A stretch of 64,000 nucleotides of DNA from Alphaproteobacteria bacterium (GTDB lineage Bacteria > Pseudomonadota > Alphaproteobacteria > MPNO01 > UBA830). Under the pieces are notes generated by a model. It did not search any database. It saw only the letters and a program-made list of their open reading frames with translations, and was not told the origin of the DNA. The stretch spans positions 5,600,001 through 5,664,000 of the forward strand of contig OZ251539.1 of NCBI GenBank assembly GCA_965243135.1, in the 5' to 3' direction. Positions within the stretch are counted from its first letter, which is position 1, and each line of letters starts with the position of its first letter. The translations under genes were made by a program, and so were the position numbers. Positions 21,199 through 31,888 of this stretch are shown here, one piece after another.

Positions 21199-21870
21199 TC
21201 AATCCTTTTGGCCGGCGAACAGCCAGCGGCACAGGACCGCCGCGAGAACCGCCCCCGCGAATTCGGCGAGGACGAAGCCGGGCAGATCGACCGGCCGTAT
21301 GCCGGAAAAGGTGTCGGTGAAGCTCCGCGCGATCGCGACCGCCGGATTGGCGAACGACGTCGAGGAAGTGAACCAGTATCCGGCCGATATGAACAGTCCG
21401 ACCGCGTAGGGAATCGCGGACGGCCGGAAACGAATGCATCCGAAGATGGTCGCGACGAGACCGAACGCGGCGACGATTTCCGCTCCCCATTGCGGCGGCC
21501 CGGTCCGGACCGTGGTCGACCACGCGATCAGGGGCTCCTCGAACATGAAATGCGCGACGATCGCCCCGATGACGCCGCCGGCGATCTGCGCCCCGAAATA
21601 CGCGGGCGCCTCGCGCATGGGGAACATTCGCCGCAGGCACAGCGCGGCCGTCACGGCCGGGTTGAAGTGGGCGCCGGACAGCGGACCGAAGACGAGAATG
21701 AGCACCGTCAGGATGGCGCCGGTCGCCGCGGCGTTCGCCAGCAGCGCGACGGCGTCGTTTCCGGCGGCGAGCCGGTCGCCCATGATGCCGGAGCCGACGA
21801 CCGTCGCGACCAGGATTCCGGTTCCGAGCGCTTCCGAGGCGAGGCGCCGTCCGAGATCGAATTCGTTCAT
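21199..21870 (-). CDS. MIP/aquaporin family, AqpS-like
   Basis: Two NPA motifs (HFNPAV, FANPAV), AYWFTSSTSF-type segment, about 6 TM helices. Confidence 0.9.
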   Translation of the reverse strand: MNEFDLGRRLASEALGTGILVATVVGSGIMGDRLAAGNDAVALLANAAATGAILTVLILVFGPLSGAHFNPAVTAALCLRRMFPMREAPAYFGAQIAGGVIGAIVAHFMFEEPLIAWSTTVRTGPPQWGAEIVAAFGLVATIFGCIRFRPSAIPYAVGLFISAGYWFTSSTSFANPAVAIARSFTDTFSGIRPVDLPGFVLAEFAGAVLAAVLCRWLFAGQKD

Positions 21871-21957
21871 GCAGCGAAGCTCCGCGGCCGATTGCGGCCT
21901 CGTCGTACGTCCGTTTCGTTACCGTTTTATGAATGAATTGCCGGAAGGGCGGCCCGG

Positions 21958-23103
21958 CTATCCGGCCGCGAGGTTGGACGGTTTTCCGTCCGCGCCGACG
22001 GAGACCTCTCCGTCCTGCGAGACGGCGCGGCCGATGCGCTCCCACTCGTCGCGGTACGTCGCGTTGGATCCCCGGAACTTCGGCATCACGTGGCGCGCGA
22101 ACAGTTCGATCGACCGCTTGAGCTTGTCCGAACGCGTCCATTCGTGGGCGGTCAACATGACGCCGCCGAACGGTCCGTTCTCCCGCAGCTTGTCCTCGAT
22201 CCATCTCGCGGCGTCGTCCGGCGTTCCGATGCACCAGTCGCGCCTGTCGGCGCAGGAACGGGCGGTGAATTCGCGGACAGGCTGACCCGGATACCCTTCG
22301 TACAACCGTTTGAGCCCGATCGACGCGAAGTATTCGGTTTCCCGCAGGATGCCGGCTTCGACGTCGGCCCACGCCTCCTCGCGGGTTTCGGCGAGGTAGA
22401 ACGACGTGACGAGGCTCCATCCGCTCCGGTCCGCCTTGCGACCGTGCCGGGCGCAGGCTTTCTCGAATTCGTCCCACAGCGTCGCGAAGCTGCCGCCGCC
22501 CGGCCGGTTGCGGCCGCAGGGCGTCCAGAGCTCCATGCCGTGGCGCGCCGCGAGATCGAGGTTCTGCGCGCTGCCGCTGGTGGGCAGCGCGAGCGGCAAG
22601 CGCGGCTTCTGATAGGACCGGAGTTGAAGGCGCATGTCCTCGAAGCGCCAGAATTCGCCATGATGGCTGATCGGTTCGCCGGCTTCCAGGAGCCGCACGA
22701 TGATGTCGGCCGCCTCGCTCAGCATCGGATACAGCCTGTCGTTTCCCAGCCGGAACAGTTTCTTGTCGGTGACGAGGTTGCTTGGCCCGATGCCGAGCGT
22801 CGCCCGTCCGCGCGTGAGGTGGTCGAGAAACGCGATTCGCTCCGCCACGTGGAAGGGGTGATGGAACGGCAGGTTGATCACCGACGTGCCGAGTCTGATC
22901 CTGCCGGTCCGCGCCGCCGCCATCGAAAGCGCCATTTCCGGGGCCGGCATCGTCTCCCAGCCGCCGGAGTGATGCTCGCCGATGTAGAAGCCGTCGTAAT
23001 CGAGGTCCTCGGCGAACGGGATCAGGTCTATGTCGCGGTGAAACGCCAGGGTCGGATTTTCCGACGGATGATGCACCGGCATCATGAAGAACGAGAATTT
23101 CAT
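21958..23103 (-). CDS. LLM class flavin-dependent monooxygenase
   Basis: MKFSFFMMPVH, IGEHHS, RIRLGTSV, IAFLDHLTRGR. Confidence 0.92.
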   Translation of the reverse strand: MKFSFFMMPVHHPSENPTLAFHRDIDLIPFAEDLDYDGFYIGEHHSGGWETMPAPEMALSMAAARTGRIRLGTSVINLPFHHPFHVAERIAFLDHLTRGRATLGIGPSNLVTDKKLFRLGNDRLYPMLSEAADIIVRLLEAGEPISHHGEFWRFEDMRLQLRSYQKPRLPLALPTSGSAQNLDLAARHGMELWTPCGRNRPGGGSFATLWDEFEKACARHGRKADRSGWSLVTSFYLAETREEAWADVEAGILRETEYFASIGLKRLYEGYPGQPVREFTARSCADRRDWCIGTPDDAARWIEDKLRENGPFGGVMLTAHEWTRSDKLKRSIELFARHVMPKFRGSNATYRDEWERIGRAVSQDGEVSVGADGKPSNLAAG

Positions 23104-23416
23104 AAGGTGTCCGCTTCCCGAACCGGGGCGCTTGCGGCGACTGCCGCGGGAAACCGTACCGGAGAGGGTCGCTCCGCTCAACCCGCGCTTACGCGACGGC
23201 CGGCCCTTTTCCGCCGGAAGGCCGAAGCCTTGCGGCTCGACAGGCGGGCAGTCGGCCCGAACGTCGAGGCGCGGCGTCTTGCGAAAGCGCCGGATGCGCG
23301 TCCCGCCGAGCGCGTCTTCCGGCGGCGGCTTCTCGTTGCCGGAAACTCCGCGGGCGCCTTTCGGATGACAGAGCGGGAAAAAGGCGCGTATCTTGCGGCG
23401 AAACGGAGGTTTGAAG

Positions 23417-25051
23417 ATGGCGGATCGCGAGAGCATGGAATTCGACGTCGTCATCGTCGGCGGCGGACCGGCGGGACTGGCGGCCGCAATCCGCCTGAAG
23501 CAACTCGCCGCCGAACGCGGTTCCGCGGTTTCGGTCTGCGTTCTCGAAAAGGGTTCGGAAATCGGCGCCCACATCCTGTCGGGCGCCGTGATGGATCCGC
23601 GAGCGCTCGAGGAGCTCGTTCCCGACTGGCGGGAAAAGGGGGCGCCTCTCGATACCCCGGTCGCCCGGGACCGCTTTCTTCTGCTGAGCGAGAGCCGCGC
23701 TTTCAGGGTCCCTGACGTCCTGATGCCGCCGACGCTCAGGAATCGCGGCAATTTCATCGTCAGCCTCGGCAGCGTGTGCCGCTGGCTGGCCGAGCAGGCC
23801 GAAGCGCTGGAGGTCGAGATCTACCCGGGCTTCGCCGCGGCGGAAGTTCTCTATCGCGACGACGGCGCCGTCGCGGGCGTCGCCACCGGCGACATGGGCG
23901 TCGGCCGCGACGGTTCGCCGAAGGCGACGCACGAGCCCGGCATCGAACTTCGCGCCGCCTGGACGTTGTTCGCCGAGGGTTGCAGGGGATCGCTGGGCAG
24001 ACAGCTGATCGAGCGTTTCGACCTTGCGCGGGACTGCGAACCCCAAACCTACGGCCTCGGAATAAAGGAATTGTGGGAGGTCGACCCGGCGCGGCACGAG
24101 CCGGGCCTGGTGGTCCACACCGCCGGCTGGCCGATCGGTTCCGCCGCCTACGGCGGATCGTTCCTGTATCACCTCGAAGCCAACCAGGTCGCCGTCGGCT
24201 TCGTGGTCGGGCTCGACTACGGAAACCCCTATCTCAGTCCCTTCGACGAATTCCAGCGCTTCAAGACCCACCCTGAAATCCGCCCCGTATTCGAGGGCGG
24301 CCGGCGCGTCGCCTACGGAGCGCGGGCGGTCAACGAGGGCGGGTTGCAGAGCCTGCCGAAACTGGTCTTTCCCGGCGGGGCGCTGATCGGGTGCGAGGCG
24401 GGATTCCTCAACGTGCCGCGCATCAAGGGCAGCCATGCCGCCATGAAATCCGGCATGATGGCCGCCGAGGCGGTATTCGCGCATCGCGGCGACGGAGCGG
24501 AACTGGACGCGTATCCGGAAGCGTTCCGCGAGTCCTGGCTGCACGACGAATTGCGCCGGGCCCGCAACGTGCGGCCCGGATTCAAATGGGGCTTGCCGAT
24601 CGGCATGCTCCATGCCGGGCTCGACCAGAAGATCCTTCGCGGGAAGGCGCCCTGGACCCTCAGGCATCGCGGAACCGATCACGCCGCTACCGAGCCCAAG
24701 AGCAGGCACCGGCCCATCCGTTACCCCAAACCGGACGGCGTCGTGTCGTTCGACAAGCTCTCCTCGGTGTACCTTTCGGGAACCAATCACGAGGAGGATC
24801 AGCCCGTTCACCTTACGCTGAAGGATCCGGATGTCCCGATCCGGGTCAATCTCGCCGAGTACGACGCGCCCGAACAGCGCTACTGTCCGGCCGGCGTCTA
24901 CGAGATCGTCGAAGATGGCGGCGCGCCGCGCCTGCAGATCAACGCGCAGAACTGCGTTCACTGCAAGACCTGCGACATCAAGGACCCCGGCCAGAACATC
25001 GTTTGGGTTACGCCGGAGGGGGGCGGCGGGCCGAATTACCCGAATATGTGA
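23417..25051 (+). CDS. Electron transfer flavoprotein-ubiquinone oxidoreductase
   Basis: [42 protein letters not shown]. Confidence 0.97.
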   Translation: MADRESMEFDVVIVGGGPAGLAAAIRLKQLAAERGSAVSVCVLEKGSEIGAHILSGAVMDPRALEELVPDWREKGAPLDTPVARDRFLLLSESRAFRVPDVLMPPTLRNRGNFIVSLGSVCRWLAEQAEALEVEIYPGFAAAEVLYRDDGAVAGVATGDMGVGRDGSPKATHEPGIELRAAWTLFAEGCRGSLGRQLIERFDLARDCEPQTYGLGIKELWEVDPARHEPGLVVHTAGWPIGSAAYGGSFLYHLEANQVAVGFVVGLDYGNPYLSPFDEFQRFKTHPEIRPVFEGGRRVAYGARAVNEGGLQSLPKLVFPGGALIGCEAGFLNVPRIKGSHAAMKSGMMAAEAVFAHRGDGAELDAYPEAFRESWLHDELRRARNVRPGFKWGLPIGMLHAGLDQKILRGKAPWTLRHRGTDHAATEPKSRHRPIRYPKPDGVVSFDKLSSVYLSGTNHEEDQPVHLTLKDPDVPIRVNLAEYDAPEQRYCPAGVYEIVEDGGAPRLQINAQNCVHCKTCDIKDPGQNIVWVTPEGGGGPNYPNM

Positions 25052-25177
25052 CCGTCCCGGTCCTTCCCTTGACGCGTTCGCGCCGGCATCCGCGCTTCGG
25101 CGGGCGCGGCGCCGTTCGTCCGGTCCCGCCCGGTCGGGAGTCGCCTTTTCGGCGCGGCCGCGCGTAGAAAGCCAGTC

Positions 25178-27064
25178 ATGCTTCGCATCGAAAACCTCAC
25201 GTTCCGGTTCGGAAAACGCGTCCTGTTCGACCGCGCCGCCGCGACCGTCCATGCCGGCCGCAGCGTGGGTCTCGTCGGGCGCAACGGCGCCGGCAAGACG
25301 ACCCTGCTCCGGTTGATCGCGGGCGTTATCGAACCCGACGACGGCGTTGTCGACGTTCCGCCGCGCTGGCGGATCGGAATGACGCGGCAGGAAGCGCCCT
25401 CCGGTCCGCTGAGCCCGCTTCGAACGGTGCTGGCCGCCGATCGCGAACTCGAAGCCCTTGAGCGCGAAGCCGAGCGGGCGGCGGATCCGGCGCGCGTCGC
25501 GGAGATCCACGAGCGCCTGCGCGCTCGGGAAGCGCACAGCGCGCCTGCGCGCGCCGCGCGAATACTGGCCGGCCTCGGCTTCGGTCGCGACGCCCAGCGG
25601 CGGCCGCTCGACGAGTTTTCGGGCGGATGGCGAATGCGCGTGATGCTTGCGTCGCTCCTGTTCGCCGAACCCGATCTGCTGTTGCTGGACGAGCCGACCA
25701 ACCATCTGGATCTCGAGTCGGCCATGTGGCTGGAGGACTATCTGAGAGCCTACCGCGGGACCGTCGTCGTCGTCAGCCACGACCGCGACCTGTTAAACGG
25801 GGTGGCTCGGGAGATCGTTCATCTCGATCAGGGCAAGCTGATTCTCTACAAGGGCGACTACGACCGGTTCGAGCGGACGCGCCGGCTGCGCCTGGAGCAG
25901 GAGGGACGGCTTCGGGCGAATCTCGAAGCCGAGCGGGCGCGAATCCGCAAGTTCGTGGACCGGTTCCGCTACAAGGCCACCAAGGCGCGTCAGGCGCAGT
26001 CCCGGCTCAAGATGCTGGAGCGCATGGAGCCGGCGCCGGAGCGCCGGGAAGACGCGCCGGTCGGAATCGACTTTCCCGATCCCGGGCCGCTGGCTCCGCC
26101 CCTGTTCGCGGCGCGCGGCGTTTCCGTCGGCTACGGCGGACGGCCGGTGCTCCGGCGGCTTTCCTTTCGTCTCGACGGCGACGACCGGATCGCGTTGCTG
26201 GGAGCCAACGGCAACGGCAAGTCGACGTTGATCCGCCTGCTTGCCGGCAGGCTGGAGCCGGAGGAGGGAACCGTGACCGCGTCGCCCGGGCTGCGGACGG
26301 GGTATTTCGCGCAGCATCAGGCGGACGAACTCGACCTCGATGCGACGCCGTCGATCGAGCTGGCCCGCAGGCGGCGCGGCGACGCGCCGGAACGGATCAG
26401 GAGCAGGCTGGCGCGTTTCGGCTTTTCGCAGGAGCGCTCGGAAACCGCCGTCGCGGACCTCTCGGGCGGAGAAAAGGCGCGTTTGTTGTTCGCCCTGATG
26501 ACGGCTCACAACCCGCATCTCCTGCTTCTGGACGAGCCGACCAACCATCTCGACGCCGAGTCGCGCCGCGCGTTGATACATGCCGTCAACGCCTTTGCGG
26601 GCGCCGTCGTCCTCGTCAGCCACGATCCGCATGTCGCCGGACTCGTCGCCGACCGGTTGTGGATCGTCGCGGACGGCTCCGTCGCGCCGTTCGAAGGCGA
26701 TATGGAGGACTACCGGACCTTTCTTCTGGAGCGCAGGGATTCTCGGGAACGCGGAACGGCGGAGCGCGAAAAGCCGGCCGGCGGACGCGGGCTCCGCCGC
26801 GCCGCCGCGGCGCGCCGCGAGGCTCTGGCGCCCCTGCGCAAGCGGTTCGAGCAAGCCGAGCGGAAAGTCGAAGAACTCGCGGCCGGAAAGGAGCGGATCG
26901 AAGCCCTGATGACGCAGCCCGAGACTTACGAGGGGGACGGCGAAAGAGTGGTCGCGCTGCAGAAGGATCTCGGGCGGGTCGTTCGGGACTTGAAGGAAGC
27001 CGAGGAAGTCTGGCTTCGCCTGGGCGAGGAGCTCGAAGCCGCTCGGTCGGAGGTCGAACGATGA
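25178..27064 (+). CDS. ABC-F family ATP-binding protein (YheS-like)
   Basis: Two ABC cassettes (GRNGAGKT / FSGGWRMR and GANGNGKS / LSGGEKAR), KARQAQSR linker, no TM segments. Confidence 0.95.
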   Translation: MLRIENLTFRFGKRVLFDRAAATVHAGRSVGLVGRNGAGKTTLLRLIAGVIEPDDGVVDVPPRWRIGMTRQEAPSGPLSPLRTVLAADRELEALEREAERAADPARVAEIHERLRAREAHSAPARAARILAGLGFGRDAQRRPLDEFSGGWRMRVMLASLLFAEPDLLLLDEPTNHLDLESAMWLEDYLRAYRGTVVVVSHDRDLLNGVAREIVHLDQGKLILYKGDYDRFERTRRLRLEQEGRLRANLEAERARIRKFVDRFRYKATKARQAQSRLKMLERMEPAPERREDAPVGIDFPDPGPLAPPLFAARGVSVGYGGRPVLRRLSFRLDGDDRIALLGANGNGKSTLIRLLAGRLEPEEGTVTASPGLRTGYFAQHQADELDLDATPSIELARRRRGDAPERIRSRLARFGFSQERSETAVADLSGGEKARLLFALMTAHNPHLLLLDEPTNHLDAESRRALIHAVNAFAGAVVLVSHDPHVAGLVADRLWIVADGSVAPFEGDMEDYRTFLLERRDSRERGTAEREKPAGGRGLRRAAAARREALAPLRKRFEQAERKVEELAAGKERIEALMTQPETYEGDGERVVALQKDLGRVVRDLKEAEEVWLRLGEELEAARSEVER

Positions 27065-27444
27065 AGGCCTGCGCGCGTGCGACCGCTTGAGACATAAACC
27101 GCCGATTCCCGAGCCTCGCTTCGCGACCGGAGCCGGTGCGCGCCGAGGCCGGCGAAGACGGTCGTCCGGGCTCGGGCGTTCGCCGATAGCGTGGAACTCC
27201 GGCGAAGCGGCGGGCCGCGTCTCGTGCGCCCGTTTCAGGCGCAGCGCGTCGCTCTCGCCGGCGAGTCCGAAAAACCGGTCTCGCGGCCGAACCCGGAAAC
27301 CGGCGCCGGGAAGGCCCGCGGCAGGGAACGAGAGCGGCCGCTTCGCGCCAGCCGCTGCGCGCGCACGGAATTGCCGTGGTATTAAGCCGTTGTTCGCGGC
27401 AGCCGCTCGAAAGCGCGCGCCCGTGTCCCCCGCTGGAGGCGTTC

Positions 27445-28365
27445 ATGAAAATCGCGGTCCCCGATCTGATCTCCAATTCCTATTTTCCGGCTCCCGCCGC
27501 CGTCGAGCTCGGCTTCTTCGAACGCGAGGGACTCGACATGGCGTGGGAACTCATTTTCCCGGTCGACGCCGCGAACGAGGCGCTGAGGGAGGGGCGCGTG
27601 GATTTCGTGGCCGGCTCCGCGCATGCGACCCAGTCGGCGTTTCCCGAATGGAACGGCGCGCGCCTCGTTTGCGCCCTGTCCCAGGGCATGTACTGGCTGC
27701 TGGTGGCCCGCGCTGACCTCGAAGTGGCGCCGGGCGACGCCGGCGCGCTCAAGGGCCTCGTCATCGGAGCCGCCCCATGGGTCGATCTCGGCCTCAAGCG
27801 CCTGCTTTCGGAAACCGGTCTCGATCCCGAAAATGACGTCCGGATCGCGCCCGTTCCGGGCGCCGTCGCGCCGGGCGTGTCGTTTGGCGTGACCGCCGCG
27901 AGGGCGCTGGAAGACAGGCGAATCGACGCGTTCTGGGCGAACGGCATGGGGGCCGAACTCGCCGTCAAGCGGGGCGCGGGAACGGTCGTGCTCGATCCGC
28001 GGCGAGGACTCGGTCCGGCTTCCTCGTTCCAGTACACCCAGCCGGCGCTCGCCGCGACGGAAGAAATGATCGAGCGCGAACCCGAGACCGTCGCGAGCGC
28101 TGTGCGCGCGGTCGTCCGGGCGCAGAAGGCGTTGAAGGAGGACGTCGGGCTCGCGACCGAGGTCGGGCGCCGGATATTCCCGGAGGAGGAAGCGGCGCTG
28201 ATCGCAGGCGTGGTCGAGCGCGATCTGCCGTTCTACGATCCGGCGATCACGGAGGCGTTCGTCGAAGGCATGAAGTCGTTTTCTCGGGATATGGGCCTTC
28301 TTCGGGGGGATCCTGGTTTCGAGGAGGTGGTGGCGACCCGTTTCGCCGGGCTGTGGGAGGCGTAG
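27445..28365 (+). CDS. NMT1/SsuA-type substrate-binding-fold protein without signal peptide
   Basis: AVELGFFEREGLD pattern; GGAGG RBS. Confidence 0.82.
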   Translation: MKIAVPDLISNSYFPAPAAVELGFFEREGLDMAWELIFPVDAANEALREGRVDFVAGSAHATQSAFPEWNGARLVCALSQGMYWLLVARADLEVAPGDAGALKGLVIGAAPWVDLGLKRLLSETGLDPENDVRIAPVPGAVAPGVSFGVTAARALEDRRIDAFWANGMGAELAVKRGAGTVVLDPRRGLGPASSFQYTQPALAATEEMIEREPETVASAVRAVVRAQKALKEDVGLATEVGRRIFPEEEAALIAGVVERDLPFYDPAITEAFVEGMKSFSRDMGLLRGDPGFEEVVATRFAGLWEA

Positions 28366-28372
28366 TCGCGGT

Positions 28373-29281
28373 TCAGGCGCGCGGGCGCGACACCATTATG
28401 ACGCCGGCCAGCACGAGCGCCGTCCCGACGCCGTGATAGGGGCGCAGGAATTCGTCGAAGAAAGCGATGCCGAGAACGGCGCCGAAGACCGGGTGCAGAC
28501 ACATGAAGGAGGACGCGCGGTTGGGGCCGATCCGGAGCGTGCCGTAGTTCCAGCAGGCCCAGGCGGCGACGGTGCTGAACAACGCGACGTAAGCGAGGCT
28601 GCCGAAGGCGAGGGGAGTCCACGTCATCGTTTCGCCGAGACCGCGCTCGACGGCAAGCGCCGGGACCAGCCAGATCGCGCCTCCGGCCGCCAGCGCGACC
28701 AGCAGGGTCCACGGCGACACGCCGGGCGTCGCGCGCTTGAGCAGCGCCATGTACAGAGCCCAGCACAAGACCGCGCCGAGCATGTAGAGATCGCCCCATC
28801 CGAACTCGAGCCCCAGCAGTATCCCGGGGCGCCCGCGAGTCACCACGACGGCGACGCCGGCGAAGCAGGCCGCGATGCCGGCGGCCTGACGGTGGTCGGC
28901 CAGTTCGCGGAGGAGCATCCACGAAAAGAAAACCGCCGCCACCGGAACGCCCGCGTTAATGACCGCGGCGTTGATGACGGTCGTGCGCAGGATCGAAAAA
29001 TACACGAGCGTGTTGCCGGCGACGAACAGCGCGGACAGCGCGGCGAGCGCGGGCAGGTTGCGGCGGAGGGCGGGCCAGTCCTCGCGCAGCGGCGCGAACG
29101 GCGCGACGAGGGCGGCGGCGGCGAGATGGCGCCAGAAGGACAGTGCGACCGGCGGCGCGTCGACGTTGGCCCAGCGTCCGACGGCGAAATTGCCGCTCCA
29201 GCAGAGAATGGCGAAGGCCAGCAGGAGATAGGGGCTGCGGAGCGCCGCGCCGAGCGGCGAATTCCCCCGGCCGCCGGTCAA
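28373..29281 (-). CDS. DMT/EamA family transporter
   Basis: About 10 TM segments, WSGNF, GDLYML, IGPNRAS; TTG start overlaps the UbiD stop. Confidence 0.88.
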   Translation of the reverse strand: MTGGRGNSPLGAALRSPYLLLAFAILCWSGNFAVGRWANVDAPPVALSFWRHLAAAALVAPFAPLREDWPALRRNLPALAALSALFVAGNTLVYFSILRTTVINAAVINAGVPVAAVFFSWMLLRELADHRQAAGIAACFAGVAVVVTRGRPGILLGLEFGWGDLYMLGAVLCWALYMALLKRATPGVSPWTLLVALAAGGAIWLVPALAVERGLGETMTWTPLAFGSLAYVALFSTVAAWACWNYGTLRIGPNRASSFMCLHPVFGAVLGIAFFDEFLRPYHGVGTALVLAGVIMVSRPRA

Positions 29282-30714
29282 CGGTATTTCGGCGGCAGAT
29301 GGTCGGCGTATCTTGCGCGGATGCGTTCGTCGAGCTCTTTCGACGAACGCGCGACGGCCGGAAACGCGTCCCGCCGCCTGAACGGTCTGCAGGCGTCGAT
29401 CACCATGCGCGAATTGCGCCGGTCGGTCTCGTCGTCGTAGCACATCGGGTCGAGGTGGGTGCTCCAGCAGCCGTTGATGACGTCGACGTCGTCCCGCGGG
29501 TCGAAGCGCGTGCACATCGCCCAGACAACCTCGTTCATGTTCGCAGGGTCGATGTCGTCGTCGACGACGACGGTCCACCGGTTCGCGTAAGCGCCGCCGT
29601 GGCACTGCGAAGCGACGAGTCCGGCCTGTTTCGCGTGGCCGCCGTACATCTGCTTGACGGCGACGGTCAGCCACATGCGGCTGCCTCCCGCCTCGTGCGC
29701 GTAAACTCCCTTTATCTCGGGCACGCCGGCCGCTTCGAGCTGGTTCCAGACGGCCGCCGCCCGGTACGCGCCCATGTAGTAAGTGTTGTCGTTGGGCGGC
29801 ATGCCGGGAATGGCGCCCGTGATCACGGGATCGTCCCGGTGCATCAGGGTTTCTATGCGGATCGCAGGTTCCGGGCGCTGTCCGCCGGCGTAGTAGCCGG
29901 TCCATTCGCCGAGCGGTCCTTCCATCGCCTTGTCGCCGGGCGCGATGAACCCCTCGAACGCGATTTCGGCGGCGGCCGGGACGGGCAGGCCGGTTTTCGG
30001 CATGTTGATGACCTCGACGGGCTCGCCGAAGATTCCGCCCACCACGTCGAACTCGTTCTTGCCGTACGGCACTTCGAAGCCCGCGATCATGTACATCACG
30101 GGGTGAACGCCGGCGACGACCGCGACCGGGCAGTTTTCGCCGCGCGCATGATGCTTCTCCATGATGAGGCGGCCGTGCTTGCCCGGCGACATCATCACGG
30201 TGGCGAGGCGCGGCTCGTGGGACTGGACCCGGTAGGCGCCGTAATTGACCCAGCCCGTGTCGGGGTCGCGCATGACGACCATGCATCCGGTGCCGATGTA
30301 GTTTCCGCCGTCGCGTTCGTGCCATTTGGGGGCGGGCAGGGAGCCGATGTCGACCGCTTCCCCTTCGGCGACGTTTTCGACCAGGGGGCCGCCGTTGACT
30401 TCCGTCGGAGGATGGTTCGGCGCGTCGCCGAGATAATGGCGCCACCAGTTCACGAGATCGGTCTCCGAGGCGTCCGGCGGCAAGCCCAGAGCGATGGCGC
30501 AGCGCGGGCGCGACATGATGATGTTCGCGAGCACCCGGCGCCCCTTCGGGTATCCCGGCACGTCGTCGAACAGCAGGGCCGGATTGCCGAGGTCGCGCAT
30601 GTAGATGTCGACGATTCCGCCGATGTCCTCCCCGGTTTCGGCGCCCGAAATGCGCTTGAGTTCGCCGATCCCGTCGATTTCGGCGATGAAGTCGCGGAGG
30701 TCCTTGTTGGCCAC
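29278..30714 (-). CDS. UbiD family (prFMN) decarboxylase
   Basis: DLRDFI, ERDGGNYIGT, AEIAFEG, EGPLGEWTGYY, VVVDDDID. Confidence 0.93.
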   Translation of the reverse strand: MANKDLRDFIAEIDGIGELKRISGAETGEDIGGIVDIYMRDLGNPALLFDDVPGYPKGRRVLANIIMSRPRCAIALGLPPDASETDLVNWWRHYLGDAPNHPPTEVNGGPLVENVAEGEAVDIGSLPAPKWHERDGGNYIGTGCMVVMRDPDTGWVNYGAYRVQSHEPRLATVMMSPGKHGRLIMEKHHARGENCPVAVVAGVHPVMYMIAGFEVPYGKNEFDVVGGIFGEPVEVINMPKTGLPVPAAAEIAFEGFIAPGDKAMEGPLGEWTGYYAGGQRPEPAIRIETLMHRDDPVITGAIPGMPPNDNTYYMGAYRAAAVWNQLEAAGVPEIKGVYAHEAGGSRMWLTVAVKQMYGGHAKQAGLVASQCHGGAYANRWTVVVDDDIDPANMNEVVWAMCTRFDPRDDVDVINGCWSTHLDPMCYDDETDRRNSRMVIDACRPFRRRDAFPAVARSSKELDERIRARYADHLPPKYR

Positions 30715-30758
30715 GTCGTGTCTCCCTGTCGGTTGCCGGCGCGCGGACGTCCGGCCTG

Positions 30759-31595
30759 TCAGAATCCGGAGATCGTATAGCGCCGCAAGAGCCGGTCTTC
30801 ATCCGCGGGGAAGTCCGTTCTCGCATGGTTGAGGCAGCGATTGTCCCAGATCAGCACGTCGCCGACCGCCCATTTGTGGGCGTATACGAAGCGCGGGTCT
30901 TCCGCGTGATCGAAAAGCCGGTCGAGCAGCGCGTCGCTTTCCCGGCGGTCCATTCCGACGACGTAGCGCGTCATCAGCCGGCTCAGATACAGCGACCTGC
31001 GGCCGGTGACCGGATGAACTCTGACAAGCTCGTGAGTCGCCGACGAACTGTTGGCGTCGTTCTCGTCGGCGGCTTCGTCGCGGAAAGTGTCGTCGTAGCC
31101 GTAGACGTGCCGGGCGCGCAGCCCTTCGAGGCGAGCCTTCATGCCGTCCTCGAGCGCGTCCCATGCGGCGGCGAGGTTCGCGAACAGCGTATCGCCGCCT
31201 CGCGAAGGTATCCTGATGGCGTGAAGCGAGGTTGCGGCGTAGGGAACGTCGCGGTGCGCTCCGTCGGAGTGAAACTGCATTTCGCCGTCGGGCAGGGAGC
31301 CGACGGGCACGCCGTTCTTGCGGATATTGCTCACCAGCATCACGCCGCGTTTCCTGATTTCGTCGCCGCCGTGTCCTGAGCGCACCCGGTAACCGGTGTC
31401 GACGGGACCGAACGCGTCCACGAAGCGCGCATGTTCGGTCGCGGAAAGGCGCTGGCCGCGCACGCAAAGAACGGAGTGCCGCGCGAAGGCGTCGCGGAGC
31501 GCTCGGGCGGCCGCGTCGCCGATCGGACGGCGCAGATCGATTCCGGCGACGGACGCGCCCACCACGGAGCTGAGCGGCGCGAATTCCGGCATCAT
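30759..31595 (-). CDS. TauD/TfdA family Fe(II)/2-oxoglutarate dioxygenase
   Basis: HSD, GGDTLFA, VHPVTGR, WDNRCLNHAR. Confidence 0.93.
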   Translation of the reverse strand: MMPEFAPLSSVVGASVAGIDLRRPIGDAAARALRDAFARHSVLCVRGQRLSATEHARFVDAFGPVDTGYRVRSGHGGDEIRKRGVMLVSNIRKNGVPVGSLPDGEMQFHSDGAHRDVPYAATSLHAIRIPSRGGDTLFANLAAAWDALEDGMKARLEGLRARHVYGYDDTFRDEAADENDANSSSATHELVRVHPVTGRRSLYLSRLMTRYVVGMDRRESDALLDRLFDHAEDPRFVYAHKWAVGDVLIWDNRCLNHARTDFPADEDRLLRRYTISGF

Positions 31596-31888
31596 GGATC
31601 CATCTCCCGGTTTGCGAAACCACGGCCGCACTATAGATGCCGCGATACCGGGCAGAAAGAGGCGGGATCGTCCGGCGCGCCTCGCGGCCGCCGCGTCGGG
31701 CCGCGGGCGTTCCGTCGGGCCGTTCCGCCCCGGCGTAACTCGTGGAGCCGCCGGTTCCGGGCGCCCGAGGCGGCGGCATGGACGTCGTTCTTTCGGCGCT
31801 CCGCTGGACGCGTGAATCCTCCCTCGCTAGAGTCGGAGAGTTCGGCTTCGGGCCGGCAAGCGACGCTTTCGACATGGGAGGCTCAGAA

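Noticed and set aside
28373-30826. 817-aa fusion ORF
   Set aside because: Only the last ~302 aa (EamA) is real; the rest overlaps UbiD off-frame.
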